Of a stretch of DNA of 64,000 bases, positions 1 through 12,369 are shown piece by piece (position 1 is the first letter of the stretch; the number at the start of each line of letters is the position of its first letter). Origin of the DNA: Vicugna vicugna (Eukaryota); the NCBI GenBank assembly GCA_013265495.1, contig MU058463.1, forward strand, positions 4,300,244 through 4,364,243, given 5' to 3'. A program made the position numbers and the translations under genes. The notes below the pieces were generated by a model. The model worked only from the letters and a program-made list of their open reading frames with translations. It was not told the origin of the DNA and searched no databases.

Positions 1-247
1 GTACTTTTGTAACCTTGGTGCGTGTTCCATTGGGGAAGCCAGCACCCAGAAAAGAATTGAACAGAAAGTCTTGCTAGACAGTGTGTCAAGTCTGGAGAGG
101 AGCAAGACTTCATAACAGACAGCAAAATGAAGGTCAAGAGGCTCTATAAAGATAAAAAAAGTGCACAAATATGATGAGTCTGGGTAGGTAAGTGTGGAAG
201 TTGGAAGACATGGGAGGTAAAAAGGAACAGAAGCTAGCAAGGCGGAA

Positions 248-408
248 CAATGGTTCTCACACCTGTCTACACATGAGACTCACTCAGGGAATTAACAAAA
301 TACTGATGCCGGGGCCTCACCTCAGATCAAAGTGAGTTCTGAACTTCAAGTATGTTTATAGGCATTTCCCAAATATTTTGAATGTGCATCTAGGGCTGAG
401 AACTGCTG
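248..408. mobile_element. MER5A-like hAT-Charlie DNA transposon fossil
   Basis: Degenerate terminal inverted repeats caatggttctca ... tgagaactgctg; internal 'aaaatactgatgccggggcctcacctcaga' and 'aatgtgcatctagggctgagaac' typical of MER5A. Confidence 0.75.
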
Positions 409-1825
409 TCTTAACAGGTCAATAAAGTCAAGGAGAAACGAAAAGGGCAACTAGAACAATACTCTGAAATAAGCTGCCTGTCCTCTGTTGCAATATTTTG
501 CTACCCATCCTTTGCAGGGATGTGTATAGGCTGTGGCTGAGGTGCGCATGCCCAGAGCGTGAGGCCGAGGTTTCACTTATAATCTGAGAACAAGGAGGCA
601 GAGTGGGCCACAGGAGTCTCCCTCCTTACTAGTGACCTATGACTGAGCTTTGGGTTTAAACTTCCAGAGAGTCCCCAAAGTACCTTGTAATGAAAAGAAT
701 TCACTTCGAGGAAAAATAACGTTCAATAAGATACACGAACAATTAAAAATTATTTTGTATTCTGCATAAGAGAGAGAATGACATTATAAGAGAAGCAGTG
801 AGAAGCCATCACACTGTAAGTATCCTGGAGAAAGTGCATCATTTTCTCTTACTTCGGTGCCCAAGGAAGGGTGATGAACTGGCTAGCAGGTGCCTCTCAC
901 GCCCTCCTTTTCAGAAGGTCATCCCTTATCCGCCTTTTCTAAATCTGAGAAAATTCCTTTTTAGTAGAAAGGGAATATGAATGGAAACATTCTCTGTCTG
1001 CAGATTCCTGGGACATTTTCAAAGGGATTGAGTAAGTGGCTGGCGGTGAGAAATCTGTTCCATTTTCATTTGTCTCTAGCGGGGCCTGGTGGCAATTTAA
1101 TATTCTTTATTATTATTTTACATGCAACTTCCTTCCTAGCTTATGATTCCTGTCAGGACTGTGTATTATTCCCCATTAGTCATTTTTCTTGGGTTGGCCT
1201 ATGATGCTTCAAAGGCGGGCTGGTGTATTTCAGTCATTTTGCTCACAATTTGATTTGCTTTCTCTGAATCCCAATTTAGTTCCATCAGCACATTTCAACA
1301 TACAACAGCTGGGCCCCTGGATGGGCTCATTTACATACATTAGCAGCTGAAAGCTAAGCACCAGTGACCCAGAAGCTGGCCTGATATTTTCCCAGAGTCT
1401 CACCTGACATTTGTTTAAAATAAACTCAGCCTCCCTGTTTGTAACTATTGGTGTCAGTGACAGTATCCTGTGAACAGTTTAAAAAAACTGTTGGTCTCCA
1501 GGTAACTTTTAAACTAAAACACATTGCTCAAAAGCCCTAAAGGATGATCAGAGAACAGGTTTGGTCCTACTTTAGTGTTGGGTAAGAGTATTCCCTGCTC
1601 CCATTACAATTATCTTTATTATTAGACAAGTGATAGAGGAAACATTTTCTTAATTGGTCAAAGATTGCCTAAAGGCAGATAATCCATTAATCCATAAACA
1701 CTGTGACTGAGACACCGAACATGATTCCAAACACACAGTCGTGACATAAGGACATGGTGTGAGGCCTATGGACAACTCAGGTTTCTTTGTCTACGTTGAA
1801 ATTCTTGAACTATAGTCTTGGTCTA

Positions 1826-2304
1826 TGTAGTAGGCTGAAAAACATATGCCACTCCACCCCCGCCAAAAAGAAGGTATTGCCAATCCTAATTCCTAGAACC
1901 CATTATTGTGAAAAAAAGTGTCTTTGCAGACGTTGATTGAGTTACGGATTTTGAGATCGGGATTTTTGGTTATATGCGTGGTTCTTAAATGCTTATTAGA
2001 GAGGCAGAGAGAAATTGGAACACAGACAGGAGAGGAGGAGGTTGTGAGACCACAGAAGAGGCAGAGATTGGAGTGATGGTGCCGTAAGTCAAAGAATGCT
2101 GCAGGCAGCAAAAGCTGGAAGAGGCAAGGAAAGGGTTTCCCACCAGAGCCTCCGGAGGGAGTGTGGAGTTGCCAACACCTTAATTTCAGCCCAGTGAAAC
2201 TGATTTTGGATTCCTGGCCTCTGGAATGTGAGAGGATAAATTTCTATTGTTTTAAACCACCACTTTCGTGGTCATTTGTTAAGCAGTCATAGAAAACTAA
2301 TAAA
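1826..2304 (+). mobile_element. MaLR solo LTR (MLT1C/D-like)
   Basis: Starts tgtagtaggctgaa; contains 'aagctggaagaggcaaggaa', 'gccaacaccttaatttcagcccagtgaaactgattttggattcctggcctc' and 'gaaaactaat'; near-identical 5-bp flanks gtcta/gtctg. Confidence 0.9.
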
Positions 2305-4519
2305 GTCTGTAAGAGTCTATCCCATGGTTCTTGGACAGGTAGCTTGTTTATTCTAGTATATCAACGTCCGTTTTGGTTTTTTTTTTTTCCTGGCAATGAA
2401 TTGTTTCTTTATTGATATTTTTCGTTTGGTGTCTTATTCATTCTACAGAGCGCTTTCTGCTTGGGCAAGTGGGAATCAGTCAGGCAGATCCCAGGATTAG
2501 TTGATCTGCTGAAGAAATTCAGACATGGGGCAAACTATTTGTGAAAAAGTAACCTAGAAGACATTACTCCAGGAAGGAGAGAGAACATTCTCTGCCAAAT
2601 ACTGAATGTTTATCATTTCAGTGGTAAACGTTTTACTTTCCTTTCCCGCTTCCATGAAATAGATAGCCCTACTCACTCTAGTTTATCAATGGGAAAGAGT
2701 GTTTTACCTTAGAATTGGAATGGCACTCTATGGAATGGACATTGGTGAGAGATATAGGTTATTATGATTCTGGACCAAAGTGGGGAAAATAGAACCAGGC
2801 TGTCCTTATCCTGTTTAGTCAAGAGCGGAATGCTGTCAGGATGCACTGGGGCTAGCTCATGAATTGTGAGACACTGTAATACAGGTGTCACTGAGAGTAA
2901 TGTGGGCCCTCAGGGGACCCTGCTTATACATACACTGTGGTGCAGTGTTTATCTAAGAGAAATGTTTCTGAAAAGCTAATGGATCTTTGGTTTTCACCAA
3001 AGGTCCTGGAAATATGAGTGAAACACACTGCTAGAGATTTTTGAAAAGTTCTTCATAAAAGCACTTCATGAATTCTTCTATTAAAAAACCAGAGAAACAT
3101 AATTCTTTTTATAATCACCTACCCCCTCCTATGACAATAACTACTTAAAGGGGACAGTCAAAACTTTATAATCAAGTGGGAAAAACTGAAGTGGTTTTCT
3201 TTTGCACAGAATTTCAATCATGCTCTTTGTTCCTATGTTCTCACCAAAAGCTATCAATAAGCAAGTATTTCTTGAAGACATGATTTCATGACAAAATTAT
3301 TAAGTAAATATTTAGTTAAATATAAATGATTCTGTTTTCCCAAGGACCTTCCTGTTGGAAATGGGCAAACTCTTCAAAGATAGGTTTGAGTCAATGGTAG
3401 AGGAAATTTATAGTTAAAGATTAATTTTGTTTGTGGGCAAATAGCTAGGAGTTTACAGTTTCCATATGCTCTCTCCCTTCCTTCCATAATTCATTCCAGG
3501 GCACCTCAGTAGATACTGATGGAAGTAAATAAGACAATGTTTTTTGCTGTTATATGTTTCATCAAAGCCTTGTGAAGTTTTAGATCCAAAGCAGTTGTGA
3601 GCCAAGGTGGACCTGAGATCAGCTTGAGAGGGGAGATAGCTGTTCACTTCGGAAAGGATCCTCTGAACCTCCCACAAAGCCGAAGAATAGGTTAAATTTC
3701 ACTCAGCTGGGGTGGGTTACATACCTATAATTTTTATTTGTAAAATAAAACTTTGCTAATGAAAATGCTGAAGAACAGTGACAGGCTGAATAGTCCTTCA
3801 CCAGAGAGATGACAGATGAATTATGAATTTTCTTTTCCAGTGAGATCTCTTTTATCACAATCCCCTGAGAAATTTTACATTGTGCAAAACGAAGAGAATG
3901 ATAATTAATATAATTACCCACTTATTATTCTCTTTTTTTATCTATAAGAAAACACTCAGCTTTCTTGCACAACTAGCAATTTTGTTATGTGCAATTATGA
4001 TGAAGCAGATATAATTTTTTGTTATTCAGAATGTTCTAATCTATATAAGGATTATGTTTTCTTTATCTAAGGCAATACAAGTTGACTTAACTAGCTAATA
4101 TACTAAAAATATAAGATGGATAGTGAATTAGTATCATCTAAAGTTGAAATTTGCTAAGTGATTAGTTGAATGGATTGAGAAAGGAGATTAAAAACATAGA
4201 AAAGTAATGTTTTAAATTTGGAGTGAAATGTCTTTTATGTTTGCAAAAGTGTGTTTGAAGGGAAGGGAAGGGAAGGAGGATTCAGTTGTGAGGAAGGTGA
4301 GAAATCGAAGGGTTTTAAAACTCAGATGTGTGTTCCCTTGCGACTGTCCAGTGGTCCTGCCTTCCCTGCACACTGAGTCCTGCTGCTCATTTCTAATTTC
4401 ACACAGTTTTGAGTTCTCGACACTGGCACCTGCCAGATCCCACACTTTGTCAGAAATCTTGGCAATCTAAGAATCAGGCTTCTGGAGCTGAGAGTCTCAC
4501 CTGATTGTCAGCCAAAGAA

Positions 4520-4730
4520 GGTGTAATAGAGCAGATAACACAGGATTTCCACACAGGAGACCTGGTTTTGAATCCTGGTAACTAATTGTTATTAAATCTG
4601 TGACCTTGCTAAGCCACTTATCTCTTCTGTGCTTCAGTTTTCTCACTATAAAATGGAAGTACTGCACAGATTTGTTTTAAGTACTACATAAAATAATGTA
4701 TAAAAAAGCAGCTAAAAGTGATATGTGTAG
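4520..4730 (+). mobile_element. MIR SINE
   Basis: MIR core 'tgtgaccttgctaagccacttatctcttctgtgcttcagttttctcactataaaatgg'. Confidence 0.8.
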
Positions 4731-6009
4731 TAGGGACTTGGTCTTTTTCCTTTTTTTTCTTTGGAAAGAGCACCTTGTTCAGCCAGTCATTGAAGCGTCT
4801 CTTCTGGGTGGTAGTGTAGATTCTAAAAGTTCCCTGGAGATATTGCATAAATATTTTATTATTTTGAATATTAAGTGAACAGAAGAATTAAGGATTTTAT
4901 ATGTGCATATGCCTATATATATATATATTTATTTATATGTATATATACACATTAGTTCTGAGGGGACATCTTGTCTTTTCTTTCCTTCTTTTTTTCATAT
5001 TTTTTCTCTGACTGGACTAAGCTGGGCTGAGGTTAGTGAGATTAGTTCAAATGTGGGTGTTGGCATAGGGCTGCCAACAAGGGCCCTGGATAAAGTTTTG
5101 AATTTTGTTTTGTTAGCAACTTTTTGGTATCAGTTCATGTGTGAGCCCCATTCTTGCTTCCTACCATTTTCCATCTCTGCATCTAGGGATGACCAGCATA
5201 CCATCCTGCCTGTGGCAGTCGACCAGGCCAAGGATTTCAAAAACCCATCTCTGTAGAGTTCGACATGAATTAGGTTGTGTTTCCCAGACAGAATGTCTCT
5301 GTGTAAAGAGGAGTGGGTTAGCCCATTTGGGAGAATAAGTAGGGCTGGGGAAAGGCCTTCCCCACATGTTCCCTTCTTCCTAAGTGCAGTCTCTTTCAGG
5401 ATTTGCAAGTGGAGGCAAGAATTTAGTGATGTAGATAATAGACATGATTTATTTGACTTACATAACATTTTAAAAAATGAATTAGTTGCAAATTTTTCAA
5501 ATTCAGTAGATTTCCCACTGAACTCTAGATTCAGGTTTCTCCTAAAAAAGATCTGGTAACATCCTAACAGGGTAAGGATTGATGGATGACAAATAGCTGC
5601 CTTTGGAAGGGCAAGCGATCCCCAGTCCAGACAGTTCTCTCCTGCCTTGTGTAATTGACTAAATTATCTGTTTGGTCCTTGTAGGCATCTGGATTTGCCA
5701 CAGCCACTCTACACTTAGCATTGCTCACCTACCTCTGCCTCTCTTGGCCACATCTTCCCTCTTCCTGTCCTGGCATCCACCCACACATACATGTTTTTCC
5801 AGCAGCACCCCTGAGCTCAAGTTAAAACAAGAACTAGTCGTCAGAGAAAGAACAGTGTTTACCATGGCAAACCAATGATATTTAAAACCACAAACCATAA
5901 CCCAGAAATGCCAGTTTTGTTTCTTGTTTCTTTTGAGAAGTGAATAATCTTATTTTGGAAGTTAAAACTATAATTAGAACATTATAGTGGTAGTAATATT
6001 GTAGAATCA

Positions 6010-7030
6010 TTTGAAAAGCAATGGAGATGGTAAAGAAAGATTGGAATTAAAAGGTTGTAAAAAGATAAATCAGGCAAATGCTCACCAAAGAAACAGTTAT
6101 ATTAATTTATTACAAAATAGACTTTTAAGTCAAAAAAGCATTACTAGAGATAAAGATAACATGCTCAGTTCCCTTGAATGATGTAGCGGTTTTAAAGTTG
6201 GATGCTCCAAATAATATAGTTTCCAATGTATAAAGCAAAATCAACAGAACTATGAAGTGGGATAACTCTGCAATCATAGTGGGAGATGTAACACATCTCT
6301 CTCAGTGGGTAACAAAACTAGTTGACAATAAAATCAATAAGGAGAGAGAAAATTTTGAGCAACATATTAACAAATTTGATCTAATGGTCACATATAGAAC
6401 ATCCAGGAAGTGAAGAATACACTTCTTTTTAAGAATAGATGGATCATTTATAAAAATTGATATATCCTGTGCCATAATGGAAGTCTAAACAAATTAAAAA
6501 TAGTAAAATCATACACATCATGTTTTCTGACCACAAATGAAATTAAGTTAAAAATCTCTAACAAAGATAACTAGAAAAAAATAAATATATATGAAAACTA
6601 AGGAAAAGGTTTTAAAATACCCATGGGTCAAAGAAGAAATCATAATAGAAATTAGAAAATATTTAGAATCACTCCTAAATAAAGATATTATATATAAACA
6701 CTCTTGGGATGCAATCAAAGCTGTACACAGAGAAGAATTTTTAGCCTTAAATTTATATTTCAGAAAGCTTTAAGCTAATACATTTGAAAATATAGATGCA
6801 TTCCTAGAAAAATATAACCCCTCCAGATTGACTCAAAAGGAAATAAGAAGCTATCCTACAAAGAACATTCTAGGTCCAGACAACTTTACCAGAAGTTTTA
6901 CAAAATTTTTAAGAAATAGCTATTGAGAATAGAAAAAGAGGAATAGTGTTTAGAATAACAAAACTCTTTAGAATCAATATAAAAAAGACAATCCAATAGA
7001 AAAAGAGGCAAAATACTTGAACATCTTAAA
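6010..7030 (+). mobile_element. Old, deleted L1 ORF2 fragment
   Basis: ORF 6591-6773 'PWVKEEIIIEIRKYLE...WDAIKAVHREEFLALN' matches the L1 ORF2 post-endonuclease region; upstream 'caatcatagtgggagat' and 'ttctgaccacaa' are endonuclease-domain motifs. Confidence 0.85.
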
Positions 7031-7044
7031 GAAAAAGAATACTT

Positions 7045-7320
7045 TTTTTTGTATTTTTTTAAACAGCTTTATTGAGATATAACTGATACACACACACACA
7101 CACAAACTGGACACATTTAATGTACACAATTTGGTGATTTTGGAGATATGCATAATCTATGAAACCATCACCATAATCAGAAGTTTCCTTCTGCTCCCCC
7201 CTCCTTTTTTTCCCCCTGTGGTAAGAATCTTAGCACAAGATCTTTCCTCTTCACACATTTTCAATTGTACAATATTGAATTGTTAACAGTAGGTACTCTG
7301 TGGTACAGTTAAGTCTCACG
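7045..7320 (-). mobile_element. L1 3' end (L1M-type) with (CA)n
   Basis: T-tract followed by 'aacagctttattgagatataactga...gaaaccatcaccataatc', the reverse complement of an L1M 3' UTR. Confidence 0.8.
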
Positions 7321-7482
7321 AACAGATCTTCAACCTCACCCCCTCCTCGCCCCTCCCCTCCTCTCCCCCTGCTCTTGTCCAGGGACCCCAGTGGTCTTAT
7401 TCATCAGCAAATTCCCAGAGCATAGAAGATGGAACAGGATCTGGATCATCGTAGACCTTCACTAAATATTTATGTAAACTGT

Positions 7483-7624
7483 CGTGGGGGAGATTATAGC
7501 TCAAGTGGTAGAGTGCATGCATGCTTAGCAATGCATGAGGTCCTGGGTTCAATCCCCAGTACCTCCTCGAAGAATAAATAAATAAGTAAACCTAATTACC
7601 TCCCCCAACCAAAAAAAAAAGTAT
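7483..7624 (+). mobile_element. tRNA-derived SINE, camelid Vic-1 type, with 17-bp TSD
   Basis: A-box tagctcaagtggtag, B-box ggttcaatccc, 3' 'aaacctaattacctccccc' and A tail; perfect direct repeat atatttatgtaaactgt at 7466-7482 and 7625-7641. Confidence 0.9.
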
Positions 7625-7829
7625 ATATTTATGTAAACTGTAAATAAATATGTATAGATGAAATTATCCAAGTAGAGGAGAGAAAGTTCAAAGAGAAAGT
7701 GAATGAAGTAAGAAGAGAAGGAGGCCAGAGGTGAAACTTTCCAGAACATTAGCATGCAGGAAATGGTAGAATTCAAGAGAGGATCTGTAGAGTAGGTGGG
7801 ATGTTGGAGAGAGGCCAGGAAAGGAGTGT

Positions 7830-8341
7830 GTCAGCATTAACTAGGAAATCTTTGCGTGCAAGGAACTCAACTAAGCTAATCTAGCCAAGAGGGGCTTAAA
7901 CAATAGGGGCTTATTATCTCACATAATAGTCTAGGGGTAGGTAGTTCCAGGGTTGATTAATTCAGTATTTCCTCTATACCCAGGCTCTCCATTAGCTTCT
8001 AGTGATTCTCCTGCTTTTCCTCTCATGGTCACAAAAAGTCTGTCACAGGGCAAAATGTCAAAAGCTAAATTTAAAGACAAGAATTGTACATCAGGAAGAA
8101 CTTATCCTCAGGTCCCATTGGCCAGTACCAACTCCTAAATCAATTACAACAAGGAGGAATGAGGTTTCCTTGATTGGTCCAACATGGTTCATCGCTTGGG
8201 GCTGAGGTAGGGGATTACTTCCTCTGAGCATACTGCCGTCCACACCTGAACATAGCTGGCAGTGGGTTAGCAAGGAGTGTGTGTGCATGTGAGTGTGGGG
8301 CAGTGTGCGCTGGGGAGACATCCAACAGTGTATCTCTCACA
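7830..8341 (-). mobile_element. Old MaLR LTR (MLT1J/K-like)
   Basis: tg...ca termini; 'ggcttaaacaatagggg', 'gtcccattggccag' and 'ccaacagtgtatctctcaca' resemble late MLT1 subfamilies. Confidence 0.6.
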
Positions 8342-8899
8342 GGATTCAAGGAAAGAGATGTTCAAGGAATGAGTCAGTTGGGTCATTTGTGACTGAGCGT
8401 TTATTCATATAAGACAAGGATTGACTGTGACTACTGGATTTGACAACAAAGAGAACATTGATGGGGGTGGTGAGAGCAGTTGCTGTGGGGTTGGGGGAGG
8501 AAATTAGGGGGAAGAGACCAGGCTATGATGAGTTAAAGAGTAACTGGGGGATGAGAGTAGAGGTAGAGAGGGAAGTCAAATGGTCAGAGGGTCTTGGTTA
8601 GGAAGGAGATGAAAGACCATGGAGCTGGCCACAGAACTGGCCTGGGTCTCTGTCCTGTTCCTGGCTGGGAATTCTATTCATTATGCTCCCCAGCTAGGAC
8701 TGTGCTGGCTGTGACATTCCCTGCCTGCATATTTTAGAACTTTTTGAATAATTCCTAGATCTGATAATGCTAGTTTATTACCCATTCCTCTGACCATTCT
8801 AGTTACTTTTCTCTGACCCTTCTTAGTGCTAGCAGTTCCTTCATCAGATGTGGCAATGAGAACTACATATATGCTTTTGTTGAATTTAAAAATGACTCT

Positions 8900-9325
8900 T
8901 TTCTCACTATAAAAATGATGTGTATGCATCATTAAAAATGAAAAATAAGATGCAAAAGGAAAAGTAAAAAAAGTCTGTAGTCCTAACCCACAGAGATCAT
9001 CAGAGATAACATATTGCTGTTTTTCTTTTCGCTCTCCCCATCCACATTTGTATTTATTTATGTAGTGAAACACTGTCTTGCTTTATAATCTGATTTTTTC
9101 TTAATATTATATGACAAGTTTCTCATCTCTTGAAATGTTCTTGATAAATACCATTTTTTGACTGAAAAATATTCTATTGTATGAACAGGTCATTTAACAT
9201 CTTCAGTTAATGAACATTTACATTGTTTCCAATTTTTGTTTGCTACATTTTGCCTGCCTGTGACATAGAGGTTTGTAGCAGTGGGATGAGTGGGTCAAAA
9301 AGGGTAAGATGATTTTAACGTTTTT
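8900..9325 (-). mobile_element. Old L1 (L1ME-like) 3' fragment
   Basis: 'aatattctattgtatgaac...gaacatttacattgtttccaatttttg...gggatgagtgggtcaaaa'. Confidence 0.65.
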
Positions 9326-9329
9326 AGCA

Positions 9330-9555
9330 AGGCAGCAGTATGGTTAAAAGTAAGCTTTCTGGGTCACTCTTGAGTTCAGCTCAGATTCTGCCCTTTTCTA
9401 TGTGTGTGACTTTGGGTAAGTAACTGACTCAAGTCTTAGTTCTCTAATCTGTAAAATATGGATCATAGTATCTACTTCCTAGGGTTCTTAATAGGTTAAA
9501 TAAAATAGTTTATGGAGAGCTTTTAGCACAGTGCCTAACCTAATAAATATGAGCC
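9330..9555 (+). mobile_element. MIR SINE
   Basis: 'tgtgtgactttgggtaagtaact...aatctgtaaaat...ctacttcctagggtt...ttagcacagtgcct'. Confidence 0.85.
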
Positions 9556-9985
9556 ATTTATAGAAATGATTCATCAATTTATAAGTCTAAGCAGAGTCTA
9601 TTTCATTTTTAATCTGTTATCTATAAAGTTTAGCATACAAGTTTTTAAAAAGTCGACAATGATATATATATGGCTAATGTGTTCAAAGACATTTATGTTA
9701 ATAAATTTAGGGTCAGTAAATCTTCAGCCTTTAGGTTTTTCCCCCAGGCCAAATAATTCAAGTTCAGAGGTAACATTGTGTTGGCTGCAGAATGTTCTCT
9801 AGAAAATATTTATTTCACCCTTCACTGGGTGTCTCTATCTTGTGCATTCTGTGCAGATTCTCTTACACTGATGAAAGCATTTGAATTGATGTGAGTGGTG
9901 CTTTGACTACTTAATTCCTCAAAAGTCTTTCCCCACCTCTAACCTACTTTAGTCTCTATTATGTATTATGCCACTAGGAACAAAT
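9555..9985 (-). pseudogene. Possible decayed bornavirus matrix (M)-like fragment
   Basis: Minus-strand LEVGKDF*G..HQF/NAFISVRESAQ and HIYIIVDFL..MLN..K*TLLRL versus recalled BoDV-1 M LEIDFVG..NQFLNIPFLSVKEPLQ and NIYFQIDDFL..TLN..KYMFLRL; AT-rich, marginal similarity. Confidence 0.2.
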
Positions 9986-10084
9986 AGAGCTATAAATTGG
10001 CTTTTCATACAAATAGTGCTTGGATCTGTAAAAAAAGAAGGAAAAAAAAAAGCACTGATACCAAATGTAACCTTTAGGCCTTCT

Positions 10085-10345
10085 GAAATCTCCCAGAGCA
10101 GAGAAGAGGCAGCCTTATAACCTTGCTGAATGCCAGAGGACCTTCAGTCTCTAGTAAAGTGATCTATAGCTCTGATAGCATCTGACTTTTTCACTTTCTG
10201 CCCTGGGGCTCAGTTCCAGCTCGAGGCAGTTTTCTGGCCCATGGATTTGCTGTGGTGTGGCGGTCATGGAGCCTGGAGTCCTAACTGCATAAGAATGTTC
10301 TTGGGATTTGAAAGAGTCTTTGGGAGGATAGTCATGTAAGTTCAC
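10085..10345 (-). pseudogene. Possible decayed bornavirus phosphoprotein (P)-like fragment
   Basis: ORF 10151-10345 VRTPGSMTATPQQIHGPENCLELEL versus recalled BoDV-1 P [25 protein letters not shown] (9/25 identical, ungapped); after a frameshift, SSGIQQGYKAASSLLWE versus SARIEAGFESLSALQVE at about the expected spacing. Confidence 0.25.
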
Positions 10346-10557
10346 CTTGCACTTTTATGCGCCAGAAATAGCCTCTCCTGAATTTTCAGTTACCAAATAG
10401 AAACTTATCTGTTATTTTTTCATCTATAAGGTTATTTTCAATGTATTCTTATTTTCCTTTAATGAAAACACAGAGTTCAAATAATTAGAATAAATTTTTA
10501 TTATGTGATTTTTGCCACCCAGAACTTTAATCTTCTGTATCTCTACAAAGGGTTTTG

Positions 10558-10772
10558 CAGTGGTTTGCTGGAGCTGGCTTGTATTGGCTCATCAGGGCCA
10601 ATCATTAAATTTTCATAAATTGGTTGAGGTCATGTTGGTAGCTTGAAGTTGTCCATGGTGTGGGTGTTTACAGCACGGAAATTAGCAATGCTACAAATCC
10701 AGGAGTTCCCCCATCTACACCCCTCCCCTCCCCAACCAAACTGGTTGGTACACATTTACCAGCAGATTACTG
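10558..10772. mobile_element. MER63-like hAT-Blackjack element
   Basis: TIRs cagtggtttgctgg ... ccagcagattactg; internal 'gttggtagcttgaagttgtccatggtg...tttacagcacggaaattagcaatgctacaaatc'. Confidence 0.85.
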
Positions 10773-11315
10773 CTTTTTGGACAGTTTTAAAGGCACTAGA
10801 AGTTTTAACCTATCAGACTAAAGTTCCATATAATATAGTTGTGGTAGAATAAAAAGTTCAGTTATTAGATTTATACAGTCTACCAGTGGATGTTTGTGAA
10901 ATGCTATCATTTACTAAAAAAAAAAAAACAACATTTAAAACACGACAGACAAATTGAATGTGGGAAGAAAGGAAACCACAAATAGAAGGCACACATTACA
11001 GTAAATGTAGAGAAATAGACAACAGAGGTAAGAAATAGAAAGTCAATGGAAAAAATTCTTGAAGAGTGAAGGACAGGAAGAAAACTGTATTAAGCAAAAC
11101 TGACACTAAAATTGAATTTGAGAAATACAGAGAGGTTAAAAAAAGGCATCAAAATGAAATAGTTTCGAAAATGGTCAGCAGTGCCAACTTGGTGAAGTAA
11201 TGTCTTCCACCCGATGTGATGTTTGCTGAGATGGAAAGTGGCACTCAAACCATCAGCAGCTGGAAAACAGCGTATTGTGCCCTTGGTGTGTTGGAACACA
11301 CTTAGAGAATAGCAC

Positions 11316-11438
11316 TATGGGTGGGGAACTGAATGTTGTCCAGAGTAGGACTTTTGTGAGTGAAAGGGTTAATTATTACTTCTGAACAACTACACAAACC
11401 AGAGCCATTAAGGCAGATGGGATTGTATGTACACACTA
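11316..11438. mobile_element. MER94-like hAT-Blackjack element
   Basis: 'ggacttttgtgagtgaaaggg..ttaattattac..gaacaac' internal similarity; degenerate termini. Confidence 0.55.
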
Positions 11439-12369
11439 ATTAGGGACTCTACCATTGGCCACCCAGTTTCCAACCCAAAAGGTTAAAAGAATTTGATTGA
11501 TAAACATACAAGGAAAAGGTTAAACTAAATATATGTGAGTCTGTAATGATATTAATTAGTTTTTCCATTATGAGGTTAAAAAAAATAAAAGGAAGTGACT
11601 CATTGTATTGTTGAATAAACTACAAAAAATATGTGAGGACGTGTGGTGCCCCATCTCCCTCCATCTCTTCTGACCTGGTCAGGAAGCGGGTCCTATGGTA
11701 ACTGTTCTTGTAATTGTCGGTGTTGAATGCTGTCAGCCCAGAAGCTCTCCAACTTCCAGTTTGAGGACTTCAAGTCCTCTTTCTTGTCCCATTTCCTGTA
11801 ATATTGCTAGCCTTTTCTCTTTGGCCGGCTTAGTAAGTTTCTAGGAGCTCCTGACACCTGGGTAGGAATCCTCTGTATCATGTTGAGAACATGGCTGCCT
11901 TTGAGAGAAGAGTTCGTAAACTCAAATTCCATGGTTTTCCTTCCTCAAACTTGCCACTCCTCATCATAGCTGTATGTTTTAGTCAGTCTCTTTCTCAGAG
12001 ACTCACAGAGGATTTTTTATGGAAAATCACCAATTTTCTCATTTTTGTGGCGCCTGTAAGGGTTTTGCTGAATTACACACCCAACTTGTGCAGCAGGTTC
12101 TGGGCACAGGTTTCCCATGATATAATGGGGCTGCACTGGGCACTGCAAGGGTGACTTCATGCTCTGGTGCTTCGGCCATATTTTACGGTGTATTCAATTC
12201 ACTTTCTTAGAAATGGGTCAACTTTAAAAATTCAGTATCTGAGGCAAGGGACTCATATATTCTTTTTCTCACAAGTATCTTCCTAGAAATCTTTAAGGTC
12301 ATTTTTCTGTAAGGAAAGCTCTAGTAAGACTGTGTTCCTGTTCCCTTCATCCTGAATATCACAGTGAGC

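Noticed and set aside
3725..3864. Minus-strand exon-like segment (tttctcag...ag|gtatgt) with an open frame
   Set aside because: Peptide not recognisable and no partner exons found.
7486..7566. tRNA gene
   Set aside because: Disrupted cloverleaf plus SINE tail and TSD, so it is a SINE.
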